A stretch of 64,000 bases of DNA from Gammaproteobacteria bacterium (GCA_022712945.1 JAFLJP010000044.1:22939-86938); one strand, 5' to 3'; positions 22,494-33,455 are shown, counted from the stretch's first letter. Numbers and translations: made by a program. Notes: a model not told the origin generated them from the sequence alone.

Positions 22494-24626
22494 ATGCGGA
22501 TTTTTACTCTTCTTCTTTTGCTGATGGTTATCTTCCTTGTGGGCTGTGATGGTGCTTGGAATAACCCGTATCCCGCTGAAGAGAGCGAGCAAAACATTCT
22601 TTACAGCTCATTTCAAGAGCGCCCTAAACACCTCGACCCGGCAATCTCCTATGCTTCAAACGAGATTGTTTTTACCGGGCAGATCTATGAGCCGGTAGTG
22701 CAGTACCACTACCTGAAACGCCCCTATGAGTTGATTCCACTAGCCGGTGCCGCCATGCCGACAGTCAGTTATTTTGATGCGACGGGTAATGAACTGGCGG
22801 GTGCCGGTGAGGCGGTGGCTTACACCCTTTATGAGATAACCATTCAACCGGGTATTCAATATCAGCCTCACCCTGCGTTTGTCCGTGACGGTGATGATTA
22901 TCTTTATCACAACTTGTCAGAGAGTGAGCAGGCACAGGTATATACGCTCGATGATTTGCCGCAGAACGATAGCCGTGAGCTGGTTGCCGATGACTATATC
23001 TACCAGATAAAACGCCTTGCGCATCCCGCCCTGCACTCGCCTATTCTCGGTTTGATGAGCGGCTACATCGATGGTTTGGCCGAATACAGCAAGGAGTTGC
23101 AGCAGGCACACAAGTCGGGCGAGTGGCTTGATCTGCGTGACTACTCGCTAAGCGGGGTAGAGCGGGTTGATCGTTACACCTACCGCATCAAAATAGAGGG
23201 CAGTTATCCGCAGTTTGTCTACTGGCTGGCAATGCCGTTTTTTGCCCCGGTCCCCTGGGAAGCTGATCGCCTCTACAGTCAGCCAGGGCTAATTGAAAAA
23301 AATATCACCCTGGATTGGTACCCGGTGGGTACCGGGCCGTTTATGTTAACGGTTAACAATCCTAACTTGCAGATGGTGATGGAGCGCAACCCCAATTTCC
23401 ACGGTGAAAGCTACCCCACCGAGGGTGAGCCGGGTGATAAGGTCGCCGGAATGTTGGTGGATGCGGGCAAGCCGCTACCCTTTATCGACAAGGTGGTGTT
23501 TAGTCTGGAGAAGGAGAGCATCCCCTACTGGAATAAGTTTTTACAGGGTTACTACGATGCATCAGGCATCAGCTCCGACAGTTTTGATCAGGCGATCAGC
23601 TTTGATATGAGCGGTCAGATGGGCCTCGGTGAATCAATGCAGGCTCAGGGCATTCAACTGAAGACCACCCCCGCCGGCTCTATCTTTTACATGGGGTTTA
23701 ATATGTTGGACCCGGTGGTGGGTGGGGAGAGCGAGCGGGCACGGTTGCTGCGTCAGGCGATTTCGATTGCGGTCGATTATGAAGAGTTCATCTCGATCTT
23801 TGCTAATGGGCGTGGCCTCGCGGCACAAGGGCCGCTGCCGCCCGGAATCTTCGGTTATCTGAAGGGAGAGCAGGGGATGAATCCCTACGTTTATGACTGG
23901 GTTGATGGTCAGGTACAGCGCAAATCGATTGATGAGGCCAAACAACTGTTGGCAGATGCAGGCTACCCCGGTGGCCGTGATGCTGAAACCGGCAAGCCGC
24001 TGACCATCCACTTCGATGTCACCGCATCCGGCCCAGATGACAAAGCGTGGCTTAACTGGTATCGCAAACAGTTTGAAAAACTGGGCATTCAACTGATGGT
24101 GCGCAATACTGACTACAACCGTTTCCGTGAAAAAATGACCAACGGCAATGCGCAGCTGTTCCGCTGGGGCTGGAATGCCGATTATCCTGATCCTGAAAAC
24201 TTTCTGTTTCTCCTCTACGGCCCTAATGGCAAAGTCAACCACAGTGGTGTCAATGCGGCTAACTATGCCAGTGTTGAATTTGATGCGCTGTTTGAAAAAC
24301 TCAAAAACATGCCGAATGGCCCCGCCAGGCAGGCAGTTATTGATGAGACAGTTAAGCTGCTGCGCCATGATGCCCCCTGGATTTGGGGCATGTACTCGGT
24401 CAGCTTTGCGCTTTACCACGAGTGGTATCAAAACTTGAAACGAAACATGATGGCCAACAACACCCTGAAATATGCCCGCATCGATACCGAGCTGCGTGAG
24501 CAACGTCGAGCTGAGTGGAATCCACCGGTGGTATGGCCGATTGCCTTGATCGTTTTGGCAATCCTGCTGTTAATCGCTCCGGCATTCATCGCCTATCGAC
24601 AGCGTGAAAAGAGAGTGGTTTCATGA
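22494..24626 (+). CDS. ABC transporter substrate-binding protein, family 5 (peptide/YejA-like), with lipobox and C-terminal TM helix
   Basis: N-terminus MRIFTLLLLLMVIFLVGCDG contains lipobox LVGC. The body is SBP_bac_5-like. The C-terminus VVWPIALIVLAILLLIAPAFIAYRQREKR is a hydrophobic helix followed by basic residues. Confidence 0.8.
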   Translation: MRIFTLLLLLMVIFLVGCDGAWNNPYPAEESEQNILYSSFQERPKHLDPAISYASNEIVFTGQIYEPVVQYHYLKRPYELIPLAGAAMPTVSYFDATGNELAGAGEAVAYTLYEITIQPGIQYQPHPAFVRDGDDYLYHNLSESEQAQVYTLDDLPQNDSRELVADDYIYQIKRLAHPALHSPILGLMSGYIDGLAEYSKELQQAHKSGEWLDLRDYSLSGVERVDRYTYRIKIEGSYPQFVYWLAMPFFAPVPWEADRLYSQPGLIEKNITLDWYPVGTGPFMLTVNNPNLQMVMERNPNFHGESYPTEGEPGDKVAGMLVDAGKPLPFIDKVVFSLEKESIPYWNKFLQGYYDASGISSDSFDQAISFDMSGQMGLGESMQAQGIQLKTTPAGSIFYMGFNMLDPVVGGESERARLLRQAISIAVDYEEFISIFANGRGLAAQGPLPPGIFGYLKGEQGMNPYVYDWVDGQVQRKSIDEAKQLLADAGYPGGRDAETGKPLTIHFDVTASGPDDKAWLNWYRKQFEKLGIQLMVRNTDYNRFREKMTNGNAQLFRWGWNADYPDPENFLFLLYGPNGKVNHSGVNAANYASVEFDALFEKLKNMPNGPARQAVIDETVKLLRHDAPWIWGMYSVSFALYHEWYQNLKRNMMANNTLKYARIDTELREQRRAEWNPPVVWPIALIVLAILLLIAPAFIAYRQREKRVVS

Positions 24627-25600
24627 TCGCCTACATCATCCGCCGCCTGATGTATGTGTTGCCGATTCTGGTCGGGGTTAACATCCTCACCTTTGCGCTG
24701 TTTTTTGTGGTGAATACCCCGGACGATATGGCGCACATGCAGCTGGGCATGAAGCATGTGACCGAAGAGGCGGTCGATAACTGGAAGGCGGAGCGCGGCT
24801 ATGATCGGCCACTCTTCTACAACGGAGAGCAGGCGGGATTAACCACCCTGACCGACACCATTTTTTTTGACAATTCAGTGCGGCTGTTTGTTTTTGATTT
24901 TGGTCAGTCAGATGATGGTCGGGATATTGGCCACGATATTTCAGAGCGGATGTGGCCCTCACTGGCACTGGCGATTCCGACGCTGATTATCGGCCTACTG
25001 GTGAATCTCACCTTCGCCATGTTGATGGCTTTTTTCCGTGGCAGCTATGTTGATTTGAGCGGGGTGATTCTCTGCGTGGTATTGATGTCTATCTCCGGGC
25101 TGTTCTACATTATTGGCGGCCAGTGGCTGGTGAGTAAAATATTGCACCTGGTACCAATTTCCGGTTATCAACCGGGGCTGGATGCCTGGAAATTTTTAAT
25201 CCTACCAGTCATTATCGGCGTGATTGGTGGCATCGGCTCCGGTGCAAGGTGGTATCGCACCATCTTCCTCGAAGAGATCGCCCGTGATTATGTGCGCACC
25301 GCCCGCGCCAAAGGGCTAGGGGAGCAGATGGTGCTGTTCCGCCATGTATTGAGAAATGCGCTGGTGCCGATCCTCACCGGGGTGGTGGTGGTGATACCGC
25401 TGCTGTTTATGGGCAGCTTGGTGATGGAGTCCTTTTTTGGCATTCCCGGTCTGGGAAGCTACACCATTGATGCGATTCACAAACAGGATTTTGCGATTGT
25501 TCGCTCAATGGTCTTTCTTGGTTCGGTGCTCTACATCGTCGGCCTGATTTTGACCGATATTTCCTACACCTTGGTTGATCCACGGATAAGGCTTAACTGA
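24623..25600 (+). CDS. ABC transporter permease (YejB/DppB-like)
   Basis: 325 aa, multi-TM, with the binding-protein-dependent transport EAA-like loop EEIARDYVRTARAKGL. ATGA overlap with the SBP gene. Confidence 0.88.
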   Translation: MIAYIIRRLMYVLPILVGVNILTFALFFVVNTPDDMAHMQLGMKHVTEEAVDNWKAERGYDRPLFYNGEQAGLTTLTDTIFFDNSVRLFVFDFGQSDDGRDIGHDISERMWPSLALAIPTLIIGLLVNLTFAMLMAFFRGSYVDLSGVILCVVLMSISGLFYIIGGQWLVSKILHLVPISGYQPGLDAWKFLILPVIIGVIGGIGSGARWYRTIFLEEIARDYVRTARAKGLGEQMVLFRHVLRNALVPILTGVVVVIPLLFMGSLVMESFFGIPGLGSYTIDAIHKQDFAIVRSMVFLGSVLYIVGLILTDISYTLVDPRIRLN

Positions 25601-27084
25601 TGGCACTACTCGCAAATAACCGAGCATTTATCCTGTTCAGTGGTCTACTGCTTGTGGCGGTAATAGTGGCCATCAGCGTACCGGTGAAGTGGGTGGTGCT
25701 GTGGACAGATGCACTGATTTTTGCGCTGATAACGGTTATTCTCGGCAGTGGCTGGCTGGTGAGAAACAAGCCTTACCTGCTGGCTCCTTGGCGCAGGGTG
25801 TTGAAGCGGCGGCTCGCCTCGGCTGCGCTGGTGGTGCTGCTCAGCTATGTGCTGATCGGCCTGCTCGATTCGGTTCATTTTCGTGAAGCACTGCCGCCCC
25901 AGGTGGGCAGCAGCGAGGTACATTACTCGCCCCACACACTGAGCGTGCTGGATAAACTGCTGACACCGATCCGTATTCAGGAAGAGAAAAGTTATTCGGC
26001 TCCCTTTGCGATTCACCTCTTCTCCAAAGAGAGCACCCAGCGTGAAGATGGCACCACCGTGCGTGAATACCCGCGACTGCAATATGGCGGTGCACACCTG
26101 GAGGATATTCAGCAGCGGCAAACAGATATTACTCACACTCTCTTGATGGCATCTAGTTATTCGTTGCTGGCGTGGTTGCTGTTGTCGGCACTGATCATAT
26201 GGATTATGGCCCAGCGCTATAGTTTGAGTTACCGGCAGCAAGTTGAACGGCTGGTTCGTGGCGAAATGGAACTGCCGTGGCGCACCCTGCTGTTGACCCT
26301 GCTGGCGGTAATGTTGTTCGCCTTTGTCGCCATGATGCTGGGGGTGAAATATCATGTTTTTGGTACCGACAAAGTGGGGCAGGATGTGCTCTACCAGACC
26401 CTGAAAAGCATTCGCACCGGCCTAGTGATTGGCACCTTAACGACACTGATCATGCTCCCCTTTGCGGTGGTGTTGGGTGTCGCCGCCGGTTATTTTCGGG
26501 GCTGGATCGATGATACCATTCAATATATTTACACCACCCTTAACTCGATTCCGGGGGTGTTGCTGATCGCCGCTGCGGTGTTGATTATGCAGGCCTACAT
26601 CGCCGGTAACCCCGAGCTGTTTGAAACCATGGAAGAGCGCGCCGATGCGCGGCTGTTTTTTCTCTGTCTGATTCTCGGCATCACCTCTTGGACCGGCCTC
26701 TGTCGCCTGTTGCGAGGTGAGGCACTGAAACTGCGTGAGCTGGATTATGTCCAAGCCGCCCACGCTTTTGGTGTGCCGCAACACAAAATCCTCTCCAGCC
26801 ATATCTTTCCCAACGTGCTGCACATCGTGCTGATCACACTGGTATTGGACTTCAGCGGTCTGGTGCTGGCGGAGGCGGTGCTCTCCTACGTCGGTATTGG
26901 TGTCGATCCAACCATGCACAGTTGGGGCAATATGATTAACGGCGCACGGCTGGAGATGGCCCGAGAGCCGATGGTATGGTGGTCGCTGATGGCCGCCTTT
27001 ATCTTCATGTTTATTCTGGTACTGGCGGCCAATCTGTTTGCCGATGCAGTACGTGATGCGTTTGACCCACGCGCCCAGCATTAG
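25600..27084 (+). CDS. ABC transporter permease (YejE/DppC-like) with long N-terminal extension
   Basis: 494 aa. The permease core starts near QDVLYQTLKSIRTGLVIG and has the EAA loop LRELDYVQAAHAFGV. The first roughly 250 aa are an extra TM/periplasmic region. Confidence 0.85.
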   Translation: MALLANNRAFILFSGLLLVAVIVAISVPVKWVVLWTDALIFALITVILGSGWLVRNKPYLLAPWRRVLKRRLASAALVVLLSYVLIGLLDSVHFREALPPQVGSSEVHYSPHTLSVLDKLLTPIRIQEEKSYSAPFAIHLFSKESTQREDGTTVREYPRLQYGGAHLEDIQQRQTDITHTLLMASSYSLLAWLLLSALIIWIMAQRYSLSYRQQVERLVRGEMELPWRTLLLTLLAVMLFAFVAMMLGVKYHVFGTDKVGQDVLYQTLKSIRTGLVIGTLTTLIMLPFAVVLGVAAGYFRGWIDDTIQYIYTTLNSIPGVLLIAAAVLIMQAYIAGNPELFETMEERADARLFFLCLILGITSWTGLCRLLRGEALKLRELDYVQAAHAFGVPQHKILSSHIFPNVLHIVLITLVLDFSGLVLAEAVLSYVGIGVDPTMHSWGNMINGARLEMAREPMVWWSLMAAFIFMFILVLAANLFADAVRDAFDPRAQH

Positions 27085-27091
27085 GAAAGTG

Positions 27092-29098
27092 ATGAACGAC
27101 GTTCTACTACAAGTTAACGACCTGAAAACCTGGTTCGAAGGGAGCAGTGGCACCGCCCGGGCGGTAGACGGCGTGAGCTTTGAGATTCGCCGGGGTGAGA
27201 CCTTTGCACTACTGGGCGAATCCGGCTGTGGCAAATCGATGACCGCACTCTCACTGATGCGCTTGGTACCAGAGCCAGCGGGGCGGATTGTCGCCGGTTC
27301 GGTACTGCTGGATGGGGTCGACCTGCTGACACTGCCGGAACATCAGATGCGCAATATACGCGGTGGCCGGGTGGGGATGATCTTCCAGGAGCCGATGACC
27401 AGCCTCAACCCGGTGATGAGGGTAGGGCGACAGATTCAGGAGTCAGTGGAATGTCACCTCGGGCTGCGCAACCGTGCCGCCAAAGCGCGGGTGCTGGAGC
27501 TACTGGACGCGGTGGGTATTCCCGACCCACAACAGCGTTACGACGAATACCCCCATCAACTCTCGGGGGGCATGAAACAGCGGGTGATGATCGCCATCGC
27601 CCTGGCCGGTGAACCGGAACTTCTGATTGCCGACGAGCCCACCACCGCACTGGATGTGACCATTCAGGCGCAAGTGCTGGAGCTGATGGCCGAGCTGCAA
27701 AAACAGACCGGCATGGCGATGCTGCTGATTACCCACGACCTGGGCGTGGTCGCCGAAGTGGCCGACCGGGTGGCGGTCATGTACGCCGGGCAGATTGTCG
27801 AACAGGCCAGCCGCGAGCAGTTTTTCAGTGACCCGCAACACCCCTACTCAAAAAAGCTGTTCGCCTCGATGCCTGACATTGAAAAACGGGGTGAAAAACT
27901 GGCAGTCATCCGTGGCAGTGTGCCGCCACTCACCACCGAATTCAGTGGCTGTCGCTTTGAAGCCCGTTGTGATTACAGCTGGGAGTTATGTCAAAATAGC
28001 GTGCCACAGTGGCATCAACAGGCCAGCGGTCACGGTATTCGCTGTCACTTGATGGATGAAGTGCATCATGGACGTGGCATCACCCACCACGAAGAGCCGG
28101 AAGCCGATACCCCCCAAACCACCGAGATTCCCGATCAGCCGATTCTTAAGGTAGATGGCCTCAAAGTACACTTCCCGATTCACAAAGGGCTGTTCAAGCG
28201 GGTGGTCGGCCACGTGCACGCGGTTGATGGGATTGATATTGACCTAAAACCCGGCCAAACCCTGGCGCTGGTGGGTGAATCGGGTTGCGGTAAAACCACC
28301 GTTGGTAAAGGCATCCTGCAACTGATTCGCCCCACCGCTGGCGACGTGAATTTTGAAAATATCGACCTCACCCAATTGAGCAACAAACAGCTGCGGCCGA
28401 TGCGCGGTGATATTCAAATTATCTTTCAAGACCCCTTCTCATCCCTCAACCCACGCATGCGGGTCGCCGACATTATCGAAGAGGGGATGATTGCGCAAGG
28501 GAAGGGCGGCAGTGCCAGCCAGTGCCAGCAGCGCATCGACGAACTGTTACAACAGGTGGGGCTGTCACCCGAACACAAACAGCGCTACCCCCATGAATTT
28601 TCCGGTGGCCAACGCCAGCGAGTCTGCATCGCCCGGGCACTAGCAGTGGAGCCCAAACTGATCATTTGTGACGAACCCACCAGTGCACTGGATGTATCGG
28701 TACAGGCGCAAATCCTGAACCTACTAAAAAAACTGCAGCAAGAGCTGGGGCTCGCCTACCTCTTCATCACCCACGACATCTCAGTAGTGGAGTACCTCGC
28801 CCACCAAGTGGCAGTAATGTATCTGGGGCGTATTGTCGAACAGGGAGAAGTCGAAGAAGTGCTGAATCAACCACGCCACCCCTACACCCAAGCACTGCTA
28901 TCGGCGGTACCCTCGATACGGGAGAGCAAACGTGAAAAACAACGCCTCAGCGGAGAACTGCCATCGCCGATCAACCCACCCCAAGGCTGCCACTTCAACC
29001 CACGCTGCCCGAAAGTAATGGCGAACTGCAAGGAAAACTACCCAGATAGCACCCTGCTAACAGAGAGCCACTTTGTGCGTTGTTTTCTCTATGACTAA
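27092..29098 (+). CDS. ABC transporter ATP-binding protein with two fused ATPase cassettes (YejF-like)
   Basis: Two Walker A motifs ([16 protein letters not shown]), two signatures ([16 protein letters not shown]) and two Walker B motifs ([24 protein letters not shown]). Confidence 0.92.
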   Translation: MNDVLLQVNDLKTWFEGSSGTARAVDGVSFEIRRGETFALLGESGCGKSMTALSLMRLVPEPAGRIVAGSVLLDGVDLLTLPEHQMRNIRGGRVGMIFQEPMTSLNPVMRVGRQIQESVECHLGLRNRAAKARVLELLDAVGIPDPQQRYDEYPHQLSGGMKQRVMIAIALAGEPELLIADEPTTALDVTIQAQVLELMAELQKQTGMAMLLITHDLGVVAEVADRVAVMYAGQIVEQASREQFFSDPQHPYSKKLFASMPDIEKRGEKLAVIRGSVPPLTTEFSGCRFEARCDYSWELCQNSVPQWHQQASGHGIRCHLMDEVHHGRGITHHEEPEADTPQTTEIPDQPILKVDGLKVHFPIHKGLFKRVVGHVHAVDGIDIDLKPGQTLALVGESGCGKTTVGKGILQLIRPTAGDVNFENIDLTQLSNKQLRPMRGDIQIIFQDPFSSLNPRMRVADIIEEGMIAQGKGGSASQCQQRIDELLQQVGLSPEHKQRYPHEFSGGQRQRVCIARALAVEPKLIICDEPTSALDVSVQAQILNLLKKLQQELGLAYLFITHDISVVEYLAHQVAVMYLGRIVEQGEVEEVLNQPRHPYTQALLSAVPSIRESKREKQRLSGELPSPINPPQGCHFNPRCPKVMANCKENYPDSTLLTESHFVRCFLYD

Positions 29099-29135
29099 CT
29101 CCGTGAATCATGGTGCAAATGCCACGAACGGTGTA

Positions 29136-29305
29136 TTAAGGAAGTTAATTCGTAACGACTCAGCGTATTCATCTTTTACCTCAACTCTTCGTTATTTTCG
29201 TACTCAATCGGTCACATATGTCCTATATGCTCCCTCTTTCCGTGCGAAAATGCCTCGATTTGAGGCAAAATCTAAACACGCTGAGTAGTTACGTTAATTC
29301 AATAT
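29136..29305. repeat. Long-hairpin element of about 170 bp, TTAAGG type (copy R4)
   Basis: Arms GTTAATTCGTAACGACTCAGCGT / ACGCTGAGTAGTTACGTTAATTC. Inner pairs are TTTTACCTCAA / TTGAGGCAAAA. The element starts with TTAAGGAAG. Confidence 0.8.
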
Positions 29306-29313
29306 TTGCCAGT

Positions 29314-29574
29314 TCACTGTGGTGCGCGGGCGTTAATGCTGAGTGCGTGAATATCGCTTTCAATCAATTCTGCTAAGGTTGCATGAATCATTCGATGACG
29401 CTGAATGAGGGGTTTTTCACGGAAGGCATCGGCAATGATTTTAACGGTGAAATGCCCTTTCCCTCCGGCACTGGCGTGACCTGCATGCTGGTGGCTGTCA
29501 TCAATCACTTCGAGTGATTTGGGGTTGTAGGCTGCTGTTAGTGTATCGGTGATGCGCTCGACTCGACTGCTCAT
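29314..29574 (-). CDS. BolA family protein
   Basis: 86 aa. [10 protein letters not shown]...[24 protein letters not shown] is typical of BolA/IbaG. Confidence 0.88.
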   Translation of the reverse strand: MSSRVERITDTLTAAYNPKSLEVIDDSHQHAGHASAGGKGHFTVKIIADAFREKPLIQRHRMIHATLAELIESDIHALSINARAPQ

Positions 29575-29873
29575 TTTGGAAATACCTTTTTAAACGGTTT
29601 CACGGTGACGTTGTTATACACGCCCGCTGCGACATAGGGGTCGGCTGCGGCCCATCTTTTCGCCTCCTCTAAGGAGGTGAATTCAGCAATAATCAAACTG
29701 CCACTGAAACCGGCATCACCTGGATCATTGCTATCTACAGCGGGGTGAGGGCCGGCGATAATCAGTGCCCCTTTCTCTTGTAATATTTGCAGGCGCTTCA
29801 GGTGAGCAGGGCGTGCGGATTGACGCTGTTGCAAGCTGTTGGGGTGATCTTCAGCGATGATCGCATATAGCAT
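29571..29873 (-). CDS. yciI: YciI family protein
   Basis: 100 aa, [28 protein letters not shown]. 4-nt overlap with bolA, and conserved yciB-yciI neighbourhood. Confidence 0.85.
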   Translation of the reverse strand: MLYAIIAEDHPNSLQQRQSARPAHLKRLQILQEKGALIIAGPHPAVDSNDPGDAGFSGSLIIAEFTSLEEAKRWAAADPYVAAGVYNNVTVKPFKKVFPK

Positions 29874-29875
29874 CG

Positions 29876-30427
29876 CTACTCTTCGCTTTTGAAGGGTTGT
29901 GTGTTGTTGAGGTAACGGGTGAGATATATGCCCTGTGCAACCATGAAGACGACGGTTATCCCCAGCAGTCCGAACAGTTTGAAGTTGACCCAGGTGTCGG
30001 TGTCATAGTTAAACGCAACATAGATGTTGAGTGCACCGGAGAGCAGGAAGAACAGTACCCAGCTGATGTTGAGCCTGTTCCAGATTGCCTGGGGCAGGGT
30101 GAGGCTATTACCCATGATGCGTTGGATGATATTTTTTTCACCAATGAAGTGGCTGCCTAAAAGAACGACTGCAAACAACCAGTTAATCACGGTGGTTTTC
30201 CACATGATGAAGGCTTCATTTTGAAACAGCAGCGTTGCCCCGCCGAATAGGGTCAACAGGCCCACATTGATCAGGTGCATCTTTTCCAGTTTGCGGTGTT
30301 TGCCGTAAAAAAGAGCCGCTTGAATAATGGCGGCGGCAATCGCTACGGCTGTTGCAACGTAGATGTCGTACATCTTGTAGGCAACAAAAAAGAGAATAAT
30401 GGGTAAAAAGTCATTAAATAATTTCAT
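29876..30427 (-). CDS. yciB: Intracellular septation protein A
   Basis: 183 aa with 5 hydrophobic helices. N-terminus [26 protein letters not shown] is typical of YciB/IspZ. Confidence 0.88.
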   Translation of the reverse strand: MKLFNDFLPIILFFVAYKMYDIYVATAVAIAAAIIQAALFYGKHRKLEKMHLINVGLLTLFGGATLLFQNEAFIMWKTTVINWLFAVVLLGSHFIGEKNIIQRIMGNSLTLPQAIWNRLNISWVLFFLLSGALNIYVAFNYDTDTWVNFKLFGLLGITVVFMVAQGIYLTRYLNNTQPFKSEE

Positions 30428-30490
30428 CTGTAGCCTATTTTTTAGGTGTATAAAATGACCGCTGTCTGTTTGATGCCGTATTCACTTTGA

Positions 30491-33310
30491 TTAACCGGTA
30501 TTACGCATACCGGTTGCAACCGCATTGATCGAGCGAAGCAGCGGGCTGAGCCAGCGGTTACGCTCTTCATCTGTGGTTGATTCATCACGGTAACGCTTGA
30601 TCAAAACCACCTGAATATTATTCAGTGGATCAAGGTAGGGGTTGCGCCGTGATAATGAGACGGCAAGGAACGGGTTCTCTTCCATTAAAAACTCATTGCC
30701 TGTGACTTTCAGCACGCTGTCGGTGGTGAGTTTTAGCTCGTCACGTATCAGGGCGTAAATTTTCTCACCGGTCGCCGGGTCAACGCAGAGCTCTGAATAT
30801 TTTTTGGCAATGGTGGCATCGGCTTTGAAAAGTGCCATTTGGGTGTTGCTCATCAGGGCACGGAAGAAAGGCCAGTTTTGGTACATTTCATGTAGTTTGG
30901 CCATGCGGGCTTCATCACCCTGGGACCAATTTTCGAGTGCACTGCCTATGCCGAGCCAAGCGGGCAAGGTTTGGCGTGATTGTGACCAGCCAAATACCCA
31001 GGCGATTGCCCGTACTGAACCTTTTGATCGATCACCTTTTTTGCGATGTGATGGGCGTGAGCCGATATTCATCAGGGCGATTTCACTCAGCGGGGTTGCT
31101 TCGTAGAAGTAGTCAAGGAAGCCCGGTGTGCGATCGGTTATCTCACGGTAAGCATCCTCTCCTTTGGTGGCAATTTCACCCAATATTTCAATGTACTCTT
31201 GATTGTCGTCGGCAGGCTTTTCGATCAGGCTGCGACTGGCCTTCATTAAACCGGTGACACCCATGGTCAGCTCATAGACAGCGGTCTCAACATTACTGTA
31301 TTTGGAGGATAAGACCTCACCCTGTTCAGTGAATTTTATCTCACCACCCACCGTGCCATTGGGTTGTGACAGAATCGCTTCATGAGTGGGGCCGCCGCCA
31401 CGGCCAACGGTACCACCACGACCATGGAACAGGCGGACCTGAATACCCCGTGTGGCGGCCAGTGCCGTGATCTGTTTCTGGGCTTCGTAGAGACTCCAGG
31501 CGGAGGAGAGAATGCCGCCATCTTTACATGAATCAGAGTAGCCCAGCATCACCTCTTGCAAGTTGCCCGATGTTTTTAGCAGCTCGGCATAGGTGCTGTT
31601 ATTGAGCAGTTTGGTCATTACAGGCTTGATATGCCTAAGGTCTTCGATGGTCTCAAACAGTGGGCCGATTTGTAGTTCACAGAAGGGGTTACCCTGTCGG
31701 TAACCGGCCAGACCGGCTAAATGAGCCAGATACATCACCTCCATGATATGGGAGGCTTGATGGGTCATTGAGATAACGTAAGTACCAAACGCTTGGGGAC
31801 TGACTTCGCTGCGCATATTCTGCATCACTTCAAAAACACGCAGGGTCTCTTGGGTGGGTTCGCTGTAGCCGGTAAGGCCAAGGTCTGAGATTTTCCGGGG
31901 TGTCTCTCTCTCTTCGGCTATCAACTTGGCAAGCACATCAAGTCGCTCATCTTCAGAGAGTGTGTCGTAGGCCAGTTTCCCTTTAAGTACTTCGGCAACT
32001 GTGTCGGTGTGACGGGTTGACTCCTGGCGGATGTCGAGTTTCAACAGGTAGAAACCAAAGGTCTCTACCAAGTGAACCAGATCCTTTAGCTTGCCTTCGG
32101 CTATCGCTTGATCACCATTGGCAATTAGTGAGTCACGAATCAGATAGAGATCACTCAGAAATTCGCTCTCTGAAGGGTAACGATTATTTTCATTGGCATC
32201 GCAAAGGTTACCCGCAAGCTTCGCTTTAACCGCTGAAAGATTACAGCTCAAGCGATAGCGCATCAGCTCGATTTTACGACGATAGGGTTCTACTTTGAAG
32301 CGGTTGGGTTGGCTGCCAAAGGCGCGCTCTGCATAACGTGATTCGTCATCTGTAATACTGCTTAACAGTTGCTCGGAGAAGTGGCACAGGCTACTTGAGT
32401 GAGTCAGCAGATGAATCAGTTCACCAACACGGGGAATATACTCTTCTAAAACCTGGCGAGTCTGCATGCGCAGTGCCATTTCGGTGGTTTCCGGTTTTAC
32501 GTTGGGGTTGCCATCGCGGTCTCCACCAATCCAGGAGCCGAATTTGATGATGCTTGGAATCTCAAGAGGCTTGCCGATCAGTTCACTGCTGTAGTGGCGC
32601 TTAATGGCATTTTCTAAATGACGGTAACTTTGTGGAATGGCATCAAACAGGCTTTCGCGGAAGAAGTAGAGGCCATTTTTAATTTCATCGGCAACCTGGG
32701 GGCGAGTGGCACGCACTTCATCGGTTAACCAGAGTTGGCGAATACCGGTCTCAACCTCGTTAACCACCTCATCGCGCTGGTATTTATTCAGGCGTGGATC
32801 ATCCAACTGTTTAATGGTGACGAAGATGCGGCGCTGGGTCTCTAAAATGGTGCGGCGTTTTGCTTCAGTCGGGTGGGCGGTGATCACCGGAATATAGGCG
32901 AGGCCGTTTAACAGGGTTTCCAGCTGCTCAAGCTTGACACCTTGTTGATACAGGGTACGAATCGTGTCATCGAAGGAGCCGGTCCAGAGTGGGGCGGCCG
33001 ATTTCACGGTCTTACGCCGCTGGATGTGTTGAAACTCCTCTTCTGCAATATTAACCAGACTGAAGTAGATGCTGAATGCCCTGACCACATGGGTGACCGT
33101 TTCAGGATCCAGCTCCTCAATCAGCTTGTTCATGCGATTGCGGGTATTGATGCTCTCTTTTTTGCGCAAATTAAGGTACCCCTTGCGCAGGGTCTCTACC
33201 GCATTGAAAGCACGCTCTCCAGCCTGGCTGCGAATAACATGACCAAGGAGGGTGCCAAGGAGCTTCACTCGGGTGCGGAGTACTTTGTCGCTATTCTTCT
33301 GTTTTGCCAT
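30491..33310 (-). CDS. ppc: Phosphoenolpyruvate carboxylase
   Basis: 939 aa with VMLGYSDSCKDGG, FHGRGGTVGRGGGP and C-terminal MRNTG. Confidence 0.95.
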   Translation of the reverse strand: MAKQKNSDKVLRTRVKLLGTLLGHVIRSQAGERAFNAVETLRKGYLNLRKKESINTRNRMNKLIEELDPETVTHVVRAFSIYFSLVNIAEEEFQHIQRRKTVKSAAPLWTGSFDDTIRTLYQQGVKLEQLETLLNGLAYIPVITAHPTEAKRRTILETQRRIFVTIKQLDDPRLNKYQRDEVVNEVETGIRQLWLTDEVRATRPQVADEIKNGLYFFRESLFDAIPQSYRHLENAIKRHYSSELIGKPLEIPSIIKFGSWIGGDRDGNPNVKPETTEMALRMQTRQVLEEYIPRVGELIHLLTHSSSLCHFSEQLLSSITDDESRYAERAFGSQPNRFKVEPYRRKIELMRYRLSCNLSAVKAKLAGNLCDANENNRYPSESEFLSDLYLIRDSLIANGDQAIAEGKLKDLVHLVETFGFYLLKLDIRQESTRHTDTVAEVLKGKLAYDTLSEDERLDVLAKLIAEERETPRKISDLGLTGYSEPTQETLRVFEVMQNMRSEVSPQAFGTYVISMTHQASHIMEVMYLAHLAGLAGYRQGNPFCELQIGPLFETIEDLRHIKPVMTKLLNNSTYAELLKTSGNLQEVMLGYSDSCKDGGILSSAWSLYEAQKQITALAATRGIQVRLFHGRGGTVGRGGGPTHEAILSQPNGTVGGEIKFTEQGEVLSSKYSNVETAVYELTMGVTGLMKASRSLIEKPADDNQEYIEILGEIATKGEDAYREITDRTPGFLDYFYEATPLSEIALMNIGSRPSHRKKGDRSKGSVRAIAWVFGWSQSRQTLPAWLGIGSALENWSQGDEARMAKLHEMYQNWPFFRALMSNTQMALFKADATIAKKYSELCVDPATGEKIYALIRDELKLTTDSVLKVTGNEFLMEENPFLAVSLSRRNPYLDPLNNIQVVLIKRYRDESTTDEERNRWLSPLLRSINAVATGMRNTG

Positions 33311-33339
33311 AATTACAACTTGCTTCTTTAGGTTGTAGT

Positions 33340-33455
33340 TTAAGGCATCTCTAAAAGTTGATATTTTCCCTGTGAGAGTGTTGGGAATGGCCTCAATTCG
33401 AACATTTCCGCCTACTCACAAAATAAAATCTCTAATTTTTAGAGATACCCTTTAA
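33340..33455. repeat. 116-bp short hairpin element, TTAAGG type (copy R6)
   Basis: TTAAGGCATCTCTAAAAG...CTAATTTTTAGAGATACCCTTTAA. The interior aligns with copy R7 (TTCCCT..GTGTTGG.AAT..CCTC). Confidence 0.8.

Noticed and set aside
23634-24503. 289-aa ORF antisense to the substrate-binding protein gene. Similar antisense ORFs lie at 25645-26355, 26437-27234, 18647-19255, 50738-51316, 36615-37004 and 38340-38759.
   Set aside because: All are embedded in well-supported genes on the opposite strand. Their composition is biased (R/H/Q/P-rich), and none has a recognisable domain or plausible RBS context.
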